The notes beneath the pieces were generated by a model that worked only from the letters and a program-made list of their open reading frames with translations, did not search any database and had not been told where the DNA came from. Position numbers and translations under genes: made by a program. Shown here piece by piece: positions 26,150 to 38,280 of a stretch of DNA of 64,000 bases. This DNA is from Octopus vulgaris (Eukaryota), in the NCBI GenBank assembly GCA_951406725.2, contig OX597830.1, positions 48,794,001-48,858,000 on the forward strand, given 5' to 3'. Within the stretch, counting starts at the first letter, position 1. Every line of letters starts with the position of its first letter.

Positions 26150-26930
26150 TATTTCGAATTATCTTGACTTATCTTCCTTCACTGCTTTTTTACTATTTTC
26201 TTTCTAAGTTACCTTTCCGGTTTTTTTTCCCCGTATATTCCCTATTAAACTCTTTTTAACTCTTTCACAATTTCTCTTTCGCTATTCTGCTTCCAGTCTT
26301 TCTCTGTTTTTTAGTCTTATCTGTTCCGCACATTTCTTAATCATATTAAAATCTGTTGATTTACCTTTGTTCTCTTTATCGTCCTCGACAAATTCACGCG
26401 AGAATACGAAGGTGAAAATCCTATTTTCAGGTTGATTATCTGCAAATCTCCTTGTTGAGCTGCTACAACTGTCACCCGTTGCAATTTGCTATTCATTCAG
26501 AAAATATTTTTTCTCTCCATATTTCCACCTGTAAAATGTTATTTATGTGGCTCTGATATATTCTAGGTTCTCTATCATGTTCATATGTCATTTGTAGTAA
26601 GACACTTTCAAACAGATTTTCAGTGAGATATTTACTGTTATATATGAGGAGACATTCTGCAAAGTGTTTTATCAAATATCATGCTGGGTATTCTTATGTT
26701 TTTTAAAATCGGAATCGGAGATAGACCGGTAGAACGACTCTTTTTTATCTATTATAAAACACACAAACAAATTTAGATTGCAGTGCATCATTTTATGAAA
26801 ATTATAAGTGCACAAATGTATCTTAGTAGTAGTAGTTGTAACAACGCGTCTCAAGATTGAGTATTTAAATTCACTGGTGTTAAAGTCCTCGCAAAAGCCT
26901 TTATTATTTATCTCTAAATCTTCCAGCATC
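26150..26930 (-). pseudogene. Possible decayed reverse transcriptase (Penelope-like)
   Basis: Ordered fragments FIIDKKESFYRSIS, QIATGDSCS and REFVEDD resemble RT motifs D..SFYPSI, G.A.G and F.DD; many stops. Confidence 0.35.
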
Positions 26931-27298
26931 GAAATTAGAATATAGTTTTAGTCTCAGAGTTAAAAAAAGGAAGTTTTGTCACTCGCAAGAATGACATGGT
27001 AGCAATGGCACAATAGTAACGTTTATTATGATTTCGTTAATTGTATTAGGTATTTATGGAGTTGCGAATAGATATAAAATGGGCCCACCCATTTTTGATC
27101 CCAAGGAGCATCGAAGATTTTGATCCCAAGGAACATCGACAGATGGAAGAAGAGGGAGCTTTCCCAGTACTTGGGTGGAACTCCTTTCAGCTGAGTAGAC
27201 TTACAACTGGTCAATGAATCGAACACACGACCTTATGATCACGAGACGAACACTCTAAACAAAGCCCCATATGCCTTCAAAAGGGTAAAAAAAATAGA

Positions 27299-28456
27299 TT
27301 TTTTCGTTGTAGAAATATGAAAAACCCTACAAAACTAAGAGGTGTTTGTCACCTTAAAAGAAACATCAAATGTATTTTCCAATAATTAAAGATTGTTGGA
27401 TGAACATAAATAGAACACAAGTTATAGATATCGATATTTTCCATTCTCACTGAATCGTCATTGCAGTTAATGTTTGTCGCCAAGGGGCGTGACGCCTCAC
27501 GAATTGACTGCAGCACAAATTAGTCTAGGGTTGTGACGCCTCACACCTTGGCCGCAACATAAACAAGTCGAAAGGTGAAAAGCAGCTTCTTGCATTGATC
27601 ACATAAGCTAGTGGTGACGCGGCTTCAGGACGACTGGAATGGCACCTGCCGCAACAAGTAGTTTGAGTTTAATACATTTTAAACGAAAATGAAAAATGTT
27701 ACAAGAGTAGAATTAACAGAGGGTTACGACAAGGACAAGAAGTGCATTTTGGTAAATGAAGAAAGATTTAGAACATTAAAAGAAGCATTTCCATCGGAAG
27801 TGAACCCTCTGCGGCAGAAGGTGAGAAATGAACCCCGTCCCCCAATGGTAGAATATGATGATATAAAGAAGGACATTAAAAAATTATTGAGACTTAATTA
27901 TTAGAAAAAAAGAGAACTTTGAATGGACAATGAACGTTTTATAAGAAAAAATAAATTGTAGAAACATTTGAATGAATTGTAAAAACGTAATCACCATGTC
28001 TCATCCTCATTTGTACAATTCCATATCAGTCATTTTCATATGTTATTGTCCCATGTTTTGTTTGTTCTCTCTTTGGTGGCTCCTTAGAAAGGAGAAAGCC
28101 TGGAGGAGGGAAGAAACAGTTGCTAATGTAAAAAGAAATGGAATGGAATGGTGAAACTATTTTTTCGTTGTAGAAATATGAAAAAATCCCTACAAAACTA
28201 AGAGGTGTTTATCATCTTAAAAAGAAATATCAGATGTATTTTCCAATAATTAAAGTTTGTTGGATGAAAATAAATAGAACACAAATTAAAGATATCGGTA
28301 ATATTCCATTCTCACTGAATCGTCATTGCAGTTAATGTTTGTCGCCAAGGGGTGTGACGCTTCGCGAATTGACTGCAGCACAAATTAGTCAAGGGTTGTG
28401 AGGCCTCACACTTTGGCCGCAACACAAACCAGTCGAAGGGTGAAAAGCTTCTTGCA
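27299..28456. repeat. ~290-bp direct repeats (about 27299-27594 and 28160-28456), period about 860 bp
   Basis: Both copies run ttttttcgttgtagaaatatgaaaaa...gtcgaa.ggtgaaa..cttcttgca. The second is cut by a SINE A copy (28457-28603). Confidence 0.9.
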
Positions 28457-29148
28457 GTGTTCAACTGGTACTGATTTTATCGACTCCGAAAGGATGAAAA
28501 GCAAAGTCGACCTCGGCAGAATTTGAACACAGAACGTAAAGACAGGCGAAATAACACGAAGCATTTCGCCCAGCGTGCTAACGCTTCTGCCAGCTCGCCG
28601 CCTTATGAACACAGCATAATCATCTCCCTATATATATATATATATAGAAATCCTTCGGTTAATTTCAGTGGACGCAGTGAAGGTTTCTCTGTCTCGAAGA
28701 CATAACATGAAGTGAAGGGAAAACATTATATCTCCGATTACTTTTATCAGTCCAGAAGAAGTGGAGACAGAGAGGTTAGTGTCTTAATTGTGAAGAACAG
28801 ACTTAACTGAATAATTACCAAATGTTTAGTGGTAAACAGTCAGGAGATCGAATCTCAAAACAGGACAATACAATAAATTACAGATTTAATCATGATAGTT
28901 TCATTGATAGATGTTTGAAATAAAATGAAACATTTTGGGTATCCTCAAAGAAATTGAACTCGTGATTCTGGATTTCAGTGTAGGATTTTCCACCATGTTT
29001 AAGCATGCTTAGAACTGATTTACATGTATTAATAAAAATACGGTATTTTACTAGAACACATAAATATAAGTAAATGTTGACCAAGTACACGTGAATATTG
29101 TGATCTCCCCGGCATAGTAGAGTCCAACTTCAACACCTGTTTACAAGT

Positions 29149-31611
29149 ATGGCTATAGCAAGCGTATCAAATTTATCACTACAATGTAAAATTTGTTGGA
29201 GAAATTCCACGAAACCTCAAAAATTATTTTGCGGCCATACGTTCTGTTTTAGCTGTATTAATTATTTCACTCAATATCTTGTTCCGGAAACTGGATTTAA
29301 CGATTCTCTCACGCCTTGTCCAATTTGTGATTTAAACGCTCTGTTATGTATCAATATTAATACTGAAGAAAAGATATTAAGAACATATTCTAAAGCCTGT
29401 GATATGCCAAATCGAAGAACTGGTTTAGATTATTGGTTTGATCAAAAGTCTAATACTCGTAATCCGAAATTATCTCTGTCAGATACACACAGTCCAGCGA
29501 AGTCAGTAAAGATTAAAATTCCGTTAAACAAATTGAAGAACAACACTTCTGAAATGTCTGTTAATGGTGACAGTATCTCTCGGAAAAGGGGAATTAATAA
29601 AGCAGTGTGTGCTGCTAATTCTACAAAATCAAGTGAAACAAATTCTTCTGACGACGGAAACGAAACCTTAAATCTAAAATTTAGTGACAGAAGTAAAAAA
29701 GTTTTGGATAATCTAGAAACTGCAGAGATAAAATTCTTGCAACCAGATTTTATAAATGATATTACAATCTGCCCAGAAGGAGCCCAAGCTAAACAACAGA
29801 GATTGAACAAAGTTTGCTGTCCCTCCGATAACCTATCTTTTACTTATCAGGGTTCGACTGAAACATTTCACACAAAAAAGATTCCAGTTTTCGATGCTAC
29901 ATTCATGGACGACTCTAGTATTTCAGACCCTTGCTCACTTCTAGGTTCAACCGATCAGGCCACGTCAGCGACTGATTGTTCCTTTGATTTTAATTTATTC
30001 GAAAACTATGAAATATTTTCTGCCAACAGCGACTATAATTCTGTGGATGTTGTTTTAGATCTGAAAACTGATTCAACACTTCGGATGTCGACAGATCCTA
30101 TTAACTTGATAAAATGTAATTGCGTTACAGATCCAGATTCATCAATATTTTGTATTACATGTCAATGTTCGCTTTGTTTCTTTTGCATCATTGAAAAACA
30201 TCAGAACTGCCAAATAAGAATGAACAAAGATCTGGCGATACGGCTGACTCAGCAACTTGAGATAAAGACGAATGTCTTGGAAATTGTGACGTTTGAAATT
30301 GAAGAACAAATTGAGCAGTACAAGAAAAAATGTTTGAACCTTTGCAAAGTGGTGAATCAATTAACAAACTTTATAATTAATTTAATTAAATATAAGCATG
30401 ACACACTTATAGAAGAATTGGACAAGAGTCGGGATTTTGGATTAAAAAAGTTGACTTTGCAATATTCGAAGATTGAAAAAGTGAAGACAATTCTTTCTTC
30501 TTACTCTCAGATGCTAAAGTCTAAAATCGAGGAAACTATGTCCCCAGCATTCCTTGAAGTGGAGGCACCAGTTATTAAAGACTTTAAGAACAACACGAAA
30601 AGTTTATATTTACAGCCGTTATTTGAATTAAATATGTTTGTTATAAGAAGTTTCCTTGATCTCCAGGCGCATCCATTTGGTTACATAAAGGTCAAAGAAA
30701 ACCTTGACTTACCATTGTCTCGTTCTTCAGTATCGACACCATTTCCTCATAATAGCAATATCTTAGAGGAATGTTTGAAGGAGTGTTCACCGAGAAAGCT
30801 GATTGTCTGTGGCACCAAATGTGGGACGGAAACAAATGCCCACACGGAGATCAACAGTGTTGCAATTCTCCCTAAACATCGAGTCTTGTTATCATCTCCC
30901 CAAAATTACCAAGTCAAATTGTTTTCATTTCAAGGGACGCTTCTAGGTGAGTTGACATTCTCTACCCCGCCGGTAGGCGTGTGTTTATGGAAAGAGGCAA
31001 TTCTATTAGTGACTTTCCCACATGACTCAAAGATATTGCTTCTAAGTTACGAGCCTAATTTAGAAATTGATATTAGAATTTCCACGAGAAAAGGATATTT
31101 TGGTTTGGCATCCGGAAAAGGTAACAATTCTGATTATCTTTTTGCAACAGTACCATTTTCTACCAGTGTTGACATTCTGGAGTTCGACCAAGTTAATCAG
31201 GAATTTCTGGTTTTTAAACAAATATCTTTAAACGTCAAACCATGGGGATACGCTTGTAACTTGTGTCAAGCTTCAGATGAAACCATCGTCGTGGCTGATT
31301 GTTTTGGAAACCGCGTTCTTGCTTTTAATTGGAATGGAAGAATTTTGTATGAAATTTATGGCGACTCAAAAAATCAACTGAAATGTCCAGCAGATGTAAC
31401 TTCTGATAATTTTTCTATTTTTGTCTCTGATGTTGGCAGCAATCGTATTTTGTGTTTTGATTTTGATGGTCGTTCTATGAATGTTTTACTGACTTCACAA
31501 GATGGTCTTCTCCGACCTAAATCTATTGATATTGATGCTATGGGTTATCTTGCTGTTTCTCAGTTTACAGAGTGGCCAGCTTTAATAATATTTCAGACAA
31601 TAAAACAATGA
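29149..31611 (+). CDS. Single-exon TRIM-NHL family protein (putative E3 ubiquitin ligase), 820 aa
   Basis: C3HC4 RING CKIC..LFCGHTFCFSC..CPIC; B-box2-like FCITCQCSLCFFCIIEKHQNC; heptad-rich coiled coil; NHL blades (IVVADCFGNRVLAFNWNG, LKCPADVTSD..IFVSDVGSNRILCFDFDG, GLLRPKSIDID). Uninterrupted 2463-nt ORF; AATAAA at 31872. Confidence 0.92.
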   Translation: MAIASVSNLSLQCKICWRNSTKPQKLFCGHTFCFSCINYFTQYLVPETGFNDSLTPCPICDLNALLCININTEEKILRTYSKACDMPNRRTGLDYWFDQKSNTRNPKLSLSDTHSPAKSVKIKIPLNKLKNNTSEMSVNGDSISRKRGINKAVCAANSTKSSETNSSDDGNETLNLKFSDRSKKVLDNLETAEIKFLQPDFINDITICPEGAQAKQQRLNKVCCPSDNLSFTYQGSTETFHTKKIPVFDATFMDDSSISDPCSLLGSTDQATSATDCSFDFNLFENYEIFSANSDYNSVDVVLDLKTDSTLRMSTDPINLIKCNCVTDPDSSIFCITCQCSLCFFCIIEKHQNCQIRMNKDLAIRLTQQLEIKTNVLEIVTFEIEEQIEQYKKKCLNLCKVVNQLTNFIINLIKYKHDTLIEELDKSRDFGLKKLTLQYSKIEKVKTILSSYSQMLKSKIEETMSPAFLEVEAPVIKDFKNNTKSLYLQPLFELNMFVIRSFLDLQAHPFGYIKVKENLDLPLSRSSVSTPFPHNSNILEECLKECSPRKLIVCGTKCGTETNAHTEINSVAILPKHRVLLSSPQNYQVKLFSFQGTLLGELTFSTPPVGVCLWKEAILLVTFPHDSKILLLSYEPNLEIDIRISTRKGYFGLASGKGNNSDYLFATVPFSTSVDILEFDQVNQEFLVFKQISLNVKPWGYACNLCQASDETIVVADCFGNRVLAFNWNGRILYEIYGDSKNQLKCPADVTSDNFSIFVSDVGSNRILCFDFDGRSMNVLLTSQDGLLRPKSIDIDAMGYLAVSQFTEWPALIIFQTIKQ

Positions 31612-31959
31612 CAATATTTCAATTATTTTTATTCAGGATTATACCAGTTGTTTTAACGGCTTTATTTCTGATTTAATCGTTAATGACCTTCCTAAATTAT
31701 GTCCTCATTTGTATCGATGACCTTCCTTTGCTCTTCAATTTTAAAAGGTTGTACTGATCACTGCATAGAATATCGGTAAATTGTTGTGTAATTCAGGCTT
31801 TCATTTGATCCTATTAAACTTTTGAACCCATGTCCGAATAACACACTTGACTACTTAGTAATACAGGCAATAATAAATCTATTTTAAAGAGTTTTGCTTT
31901 AGAAGTTTTTTGTCTTGTTTTTAGGAAGCCACTTCTCCAGAAAGCAGCAATTTTGAGTG

Positions 31960-32383
31960 AAAGGCCTAAGTCGATTGTGCTCAACTGATACTTATTTTAT
32001 CGACTTCCAAAGGATGAAAGGCAAAGTCTACAATGGCGGAATTTGAACTCGGAACGTAAAGCCGGAGGAAATGCCGCTAAGCATTTTATTCGGTGCGGTA
32101 ACTTTCTGCTTGCTAGCCATCTTAAGCGATTCTTGCAGTTACTCTCTCAATTTTTGAACGCACATATATTCTTTTCTACTCGAGGTACAAAGCCCAACAT
32201 TTTTGTAGAGGGGGCAGTCGATTAGATCAACCCCAGTACGCAACTGGTATTTAATTTATCGACTCCGAAAGGATGAAAGGCAAATTCGACCTCGGCGGAA
32301 TTTGAACTCAGAACGTAAAGACAGGCGAAATAACGCTAAGCATTTTGTCCGGCGTGCTAACGATTCTGCCAGCTCGCTTCCTT
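31960..32383 (-). mobile_element. Two SINE A-related copies
   Basis: Core cgactccgaaaggatgaaaggcaaa..cgacctcggcggaatttgaactc. Confidence 0.75.
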
Positions 32384-32412
32384 TGAACACATATGTAGTA
32401 TTAAATACACAC

Positions 32413-32783
32413 GTGGAGGCGCAATGGCCCAGTGATTCAGGCAGCGGACTCGCGGTCAAAGGATCGCGGTTTCGATTTCCAGACCGGGCGTTGTGAGTGT
32501 TTATTGAGCGAAAACATCTAAAAAGCTCCACGAGGCTCTGGCAGGGGATGGTGACGAACCCTCATGTACTCTTTCACCACAACTTTTATTCTTTCTTCCT
32601 GTTTCTGTTGTACCTGTATTTCAAAAGGCCAGCATTGTCACACTGAATCTCCCCCCGAGGACTACGTTAAGAGTACAAGGGACTGTGGAGTGCTCAGCCA
32701 CTTGCACATTAATTTCACAAGCAGGCTGTTCCGTTGATTGGATCAACTGGAACCCTTGTCGTCGTAACCGATGGAGTGCCGTA
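32413..32783 (+). mobile_element. tRNA-derived SINE family D
   Basis: Head gtggaggcgcaatggcccagtg (A-box-like) and ggtttcgatttcc (B-box-like); GC-richer body of about 370 bp. Confidence 0.6.
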
Positions 32784-33049
32784 GTATATATACACAGCCA
32801 AAGTTTTACATCTCAAAATCTAGTGCGGCGCCTTTTTTTTCTAATTAACTTAACCGCATCTAATTTGATCAAACGTAGGATAAAGGGCGTAGAAGTGGTT
32901 GCGAAGCAGTAAGTCTTTTTAAGCTATCTAGTTCCACTTTTTTTGTGGATTTAGCAAACTGCAACAAGCCCTTGTATGTAGGAAAGCAAGTTACAGGTAA
33001 TTATACTTGTCTCACAGTAAATTGTCAGCATGCTAGGCCAAACTCATAG

Positions 33050-33400
33050 TTCACGAGTTTGTGTTCAAGTTGTGACAAACGGAATATCTCTTTCACATAT
33101 GAATCGGCGCTGCTATGACTATTGCTGACATTCCAGATTGCACCCCGAAACTGCCACCAGACAAACTTATATAAAATCTCTATTCTCAGGTCGACAGACG
33201 TGCTGTCTCCTATTCCTGCCTTTTCTACTGTTACTATAATGGGTTCTGCTCCTCGCAGCTGACCTTATGCCAGCTCCAGTCAATATAACCTACAGTGAAT
33301 CTACTTCACCCATTCCTTCTTCCGTAGAGCATTGAGTCTCTGAAATTTCCTCTTATCCATGGTTTTCTAAACTCACCAACTTATAATAAATCAAGAGAAA
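33050..33400 (+). mobile_element. Decayed CR1/Jockey-like LINE 3' end
   Basis: YFTHSFFRRALSL*NFLLSMVF resembles the conserved 'SFFPRT..LWN.LP..VF' C-terminal motif. Confidence 0.4.
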
Positions 33401-33696
33401 AAATGTTGCTGATTTTGGGGAAATATCACTAAGGCCCTTCTTCGACATTAAAAAAGTTGCATCATATATTTAGACAGGGTCGCTTTCTCAAATTTGCCAA
33501 ATTAATCCCAAACTCATTCGGATTACACCAGTTAGACAAGCTGACGTTTTTCTACCAAGGTAATCCAGTTTAATAATCACAACTGTTCTAAGCTGGTTAT
33601 AATTATCCCTGTGTAACACGTTTGCTGGATTTTATTATCTATTGCGGAAATCTCAGGCCATTTAAAGAAACACTGTCCGGGTAAGTGACTGACAAC

Positions 33697-34290
33697 TGTA
33701 AACAAATATCAAATATTTAGTCATCCATTTTAGGTACGGAACCGACATTAGACTGCGATGGAGACAAATAGAGAAACTCCATTAAAAAAACTAGCTCGTC
33801 TTTCAAACCATCTAACTTACCCGTGTAGATGTAGAGACTCAAAGCTAATACCACCTGGCTTGAGTATAATGACATCAGCGGATTCATATAAAGCTAGAAG
33901 AGTAGCAAAAAGGGCAGGACATGCCCTCGTCCATGAGAGGATACACTACAACCGCTGGAAAAAATAAATAACGAAATCAAAGAGAGGTTATCTTCATTAC
34001 TTAGGAAAATAACCAGAGATGATGATAGAAAGAGAATCCAACAAGACCCAGAAAAGTCGTACATGAAAGAATTTGAAATGGTGAAGACTCGCCAGATTAA
34101 GAAGTTTATGAAATTCAAAGGTCAGAGAATAAAGCCTGAAATCCGTGAAAGCAGTAATTAATGTAAGTAGCCGACATCTAGAAAGCTCTGAAGAAGTAGT
34201 ACTGAACAAAGGTTTCAAACATTGCGACAACCATCAAGCGCATTCCATACTTGGGCATAATAGCTCCTATTGAAGGGATAGCTACGGTAC
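33697..34290 (+). mobile_element. Penelope-like element, N-terminal ORF relic
   Basis: KKLARLSNHLTYPCRCRDSKLIPPGL..ARRVAKRAGHALVHERI, then VINVSSRHLESSEEVVLNKGF and TIKRIPYLGIIAPIE; typical of the PLE region upstream of the RT. Confidence 0.75.
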
Positions 34291-35634
34291 GGATCCATTT
34301 TAAGCTCGTGGAATATATTCACTTTAAATTTGACACAGAGCCACAATAACGCCAAAATTAAATGTTGGTTTCAGATTATTTTGGCACAAACTAAAAATCA
34401 GCTATTTCCAACCAAAAATTCACTTTTAAATTCGGGAGAGTAGGATAGGTGGGGGATGGAATTCAAGCACTCAGATTTGGGCTGTGGAGTGGAAGTGACA
34501 CCCAACAATTCTTGGATCGGCGAGCTGATGGTAGGGTGACTCATGTGTTTGGAATCAAAACAAGTATAAAACTTAGATTACTTAACACTCAAGCCTCGTC
34601 ACATGTTCAATAAATCGACATATTTTAATTAAAAAAAAAAAGCCAACGGAAAGAATTAGTCGACGTAATTAAGCGAATTGTTTAGTCTCTGTCTTTTTTT
34701 TTCGCTTTAAGAAATTCGGTGACAATCTTTAGGAATATGAAATGTTAAATTGCTTCTTTGTCAGCTTTCCGTAAAAAGTCGACAAATTAGTCAAATTCTA
34801 TAGCTTGTCAAAATCTATCTGATTTTAGGGATGTGACAGAAAAAATACTTAAAATAATAAAAAAAAAACTGCTTCTAATTCGAAATTTACATTATCGACT
34901 GAGAAACTTCCGTTTTCCTTGGATAATGACAAAACTGCGGAAGACGATGTCTAGGTGTGTTACAGAGGAGAATTTATCTGTTTAGCTCTAAGCCGGCCCT
35001 AATGGAGTAGACTTATATGTTATATAGACGGAATATTACAAAGGCGAATTTAGTTGTTTAGTTCAAAGTAATATCTGACAGAATAGAACTATGATTAAAT
35101 GTTCCAACCACGAGTATTTTATATTTAGTACAACATTGTCCAACGAATTTTTGGCTCAGCTTTTTAACGGTACGGCATGATTTCAAGATTTGTTTAAAAA
35201 CAAATTCTTTTAAACATTTGATCAATTTCTTGATATAAACTTCTCATCTCAACTGTCTTACGATCTTTGATTAGATCAGGTACTTTCTGAGATAAAATGC
35301 CGAATTTAGGCAGCTAACTTACGTAGGGACTCGTTAGCTTACCGGTTAAGGAGAAAGAAGGGAGTAAGGCTATGCGTGCATGTGTGCTTTCACATATTTA
35401 CCTTTAAGAGAATAAAAAAATACCCACCGATTATTTTCACTATTTATTTTAAACTGTGACATTTCAACGTAGGTGTAAATTGAAGGAGCTGCGTTTCGGT
35501 CTGTGGTGGAATACTATAAAATTGGTTACGGAGAAAATATTCTTACATTCGTCGCGCTTATTGATAGTGAGGTCTGGTCCATGTTCTTTATCGTTCGTTT
35601 CTGTTTTCAACACAATTACCATTATCACCACTAT

Positions 35635-35870
35635 CACAACCATCAGGACAAGCATTAGCACAACCACAGCATCACAACCATCAGGACAAGCATTAGCACA
35701 ACCACAGCATCACAACCATCAGGACAAGCATTAGCACAACCACAGCATCACAACCATCAGGACAAGCATTAGCACAACCACAGCATCACAACCATCAGGA
35801 CAAGCATTAGCACAACCACAGCATCACAACCATCAGGACAAGCATTAGCACAACCACAGCCATCACAACC
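35635..35870. repeat. Minisatellite, 38-bp unit x about 6
   Basis: cacaaccatcaggacaagcattagcacaaccacagcat repeated essentially identically. Confidence 0.95.
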
Positions 35871-36620
35871 GCCATTAATCTATTAATAACCCTTATCACT
35901 ACATCCACCACCACCACCACCATTATTACAATCACTTTCTCCACAATCATCGTCTTAATGATGATAGTAATCATCATCATCTTTCTTAGGCGTTTCTACA
36001 ACTTCTAAAATCCTCTGATATTTACGCCATCGTTCCCATATGTTGTTGGAAGTGGTATCGAATTTTCATTTCTTTTCGATTTAATCAGGACAAATTATGG
36101 TCTCTCGGGTTCGAAACAGAGAGCAAAAGTAAGAGAAAGTTTAGAATCCCTGAAGTCAGAAATTTCTCTGTATTTTGATCTCTTCGGATCTCTACAGTTT
36201 TTATAATGAAGAACCTATTGCTATGATTAGCTCATTCGGTACCTGAAACCGCCAAACTCTCATAAAAACCCTAACTTTTCAGTTTTGTGCAACACGAGTA
36301 AATATTCCAAACCCACGGGTCATTATTTCAACCATATCTGTCTGTCTCTTTCTCCCTGAAACAGAAAGATTTTTTCGTAATACAGTCCCTATTCCTTAAT
36401 CCTTAAATGGTGGACATCATCAGCAAATGATGTTTTATTCTCGCATCGATAAGGACTTCTTACCATTCTGCCAGATCGCTGTCTTCAAACGTAAACAGTT
36501 TGACCATTTCCATCACGTTTTCTTTTATTCAATCTCGAGGAAGCAGTTGCGTCACGGCCTTCGCGCAGATCGAAGCAATTAATAATGTTCCACATACTTA
36601 CACACCAAGTATTATAATCT

Positions 36621-37016
36621 TCTTTATATATAAAAGTGAGGTTGTGTGCTGTCTGTCTCCTACGATTTAGATTCCTAACTACTCCCACATTTTGCAGTGC
36701 AGTTTAACCAAAACCGGGTATCTTATAGTCATGATTCATATCGAGCCCTTCTGGGTATTAGCGCGCGTCTACGATGAGTCTACGATTTTAAAAATAATTT
36801 ACCATCAATTTTTCCAATTTTTAATACATTCTTGGCATATATAAGGGAAGTAACTCTCTAAAAATTTATTATTAAATCTCAGAACGTAAAAAGCTACAGT
36901 AACACCCCCCCTTTGTGGTTAGCCATATTGAGATGGCTATTATACTTTACATCTCTAAAAATGCTTATATAGTTATTTCCCTTACAAACCCGAGCAACGT
37001 TGGGCGATACTGCTAG
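36621..37016 (+). mobile_element. Non-autonomous Helitron
   Basis: 5' TC(tttatatataaaag); 3' hairpin cccgagcaacgttggg followed by CTAG|T; second copy at 41658-41954. Confidence 0.85.
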
Positions 37017-37856
37017 TTGAACATAAACGAAGAGTTTATTGTTTGGAATATTATTAAATATCAACTTTATATGCTAGAAGTTTTTAAGCTATGCTATGTA
37101 AGAAGATGGTGCCATACAGATATCAGGAATGTGTGATGATAAATATTTAATTGATTTCGGTTCAATTTTAGAGAAATTAAACTTCAACAAGGTTTCACTG
37201 ATATGGGAAGACGTAGTAAATCGGCGTATGAAGTTATTAAGTTTTAGTTTTGCTAAAAAAAAAAGTGAAGAAACTTTTAGTTGTAATATAAGATACGAAA
37301 ACACAGAAGTCTTATAACGAAATAAGTCTTAGGCTTTATGTTTATGTCTTTCTCAGTCGTTTTGTTAAATGGTTGTGACGATACTACTTCTAGCAGACGT
37401 TGAAGAATCTATTTAAGTTTCTTTTTAAAAATCTAATCAACAGAATGCTGTTGTCATTAAATAACTTCTAAAATGGTTTTACTCAGCAAAATCAATATTT
37501 TTCTTAATCAATGGGAAGCAGTATATCTCTTCCTCATATCACAATAGTTTCGTCTGGTTGTTTTTTCTTTTCTTTACGTCACTATGTCTCACAGAGTTTC
37601 CAGAAATATCGCCCAAACATTTAAATCCTAAATCAGTTTTCACCATGTCCATCTCTCCCTCATGTGAAGCAACGGAACTTGTCTCTTATATATAGCTAGT
37701 ATAGTCTACAGCCTTCTCCGTTAGGGGCCACTGGAACAATTATCAGTTTAACACTGGAAAGTTAATGAAATCCTTTTCAATTGCAGCAGACTCCTACTTC
37801 TGCAATAGTGAATTCCTTGTATCTGTTTAGTAGACCAAAGCGTGTAGGTTCCCCAA

Positions 37857-38280
37857 CTACCTATTTCTTTATTACCCACAAAGGGGCTAAACACAGAGGG
37901 GACAAACAAGGACAGACATAGGTATTAAGTCGATTACATCGCCCCCAGTGCGTAACTGGTAATTAATTTATCGACCCCGAAAGGATGAAAGGCAAAGTCG
38001 ACCTCGGCGGAATTTGAACTCACAACGTAACAGCAGACGAAATACCGCTAAGCATTTCGCCCGGTGTGCTAACGTTTCTGCCAGCTCCCCAACTACCGCT
38101 TGACAACCGGTGGTGGTTTGTTTATGTCTCTGTAATCTAGTTGTTCGGTTGACGAGACTGCTAGAATAAGTACCAGGCTTAAAAAAGTAAGTCCTGGGGT
38201 CGATTTTCTCAACTATATCCATTCAAAGCAGTGCCACAGCATGGCCGCAGTCCAATGAATGAAGCAAGTTCAAGAGGAAA
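37857..38280. mobile_element. SINE A (-) abutting the 3' module of SINE B (+)
   Basis: Near-consensus SINE A at 37857-38087, followed by cttgacaaccggtggtggtttgtttatgtc...gcatggccgcagtc. Confidence 0.75.

Noticed and set aside
29442-30360. Minus-strand ORFs within the TRIM gene
   Set aside because: Antisense shadows of the real CDS.
35635-35870. CRISPR-like repeat array
   Set aside because: Contiguous identical units with no unique spacers, no cas genes and a eukaryotic context.
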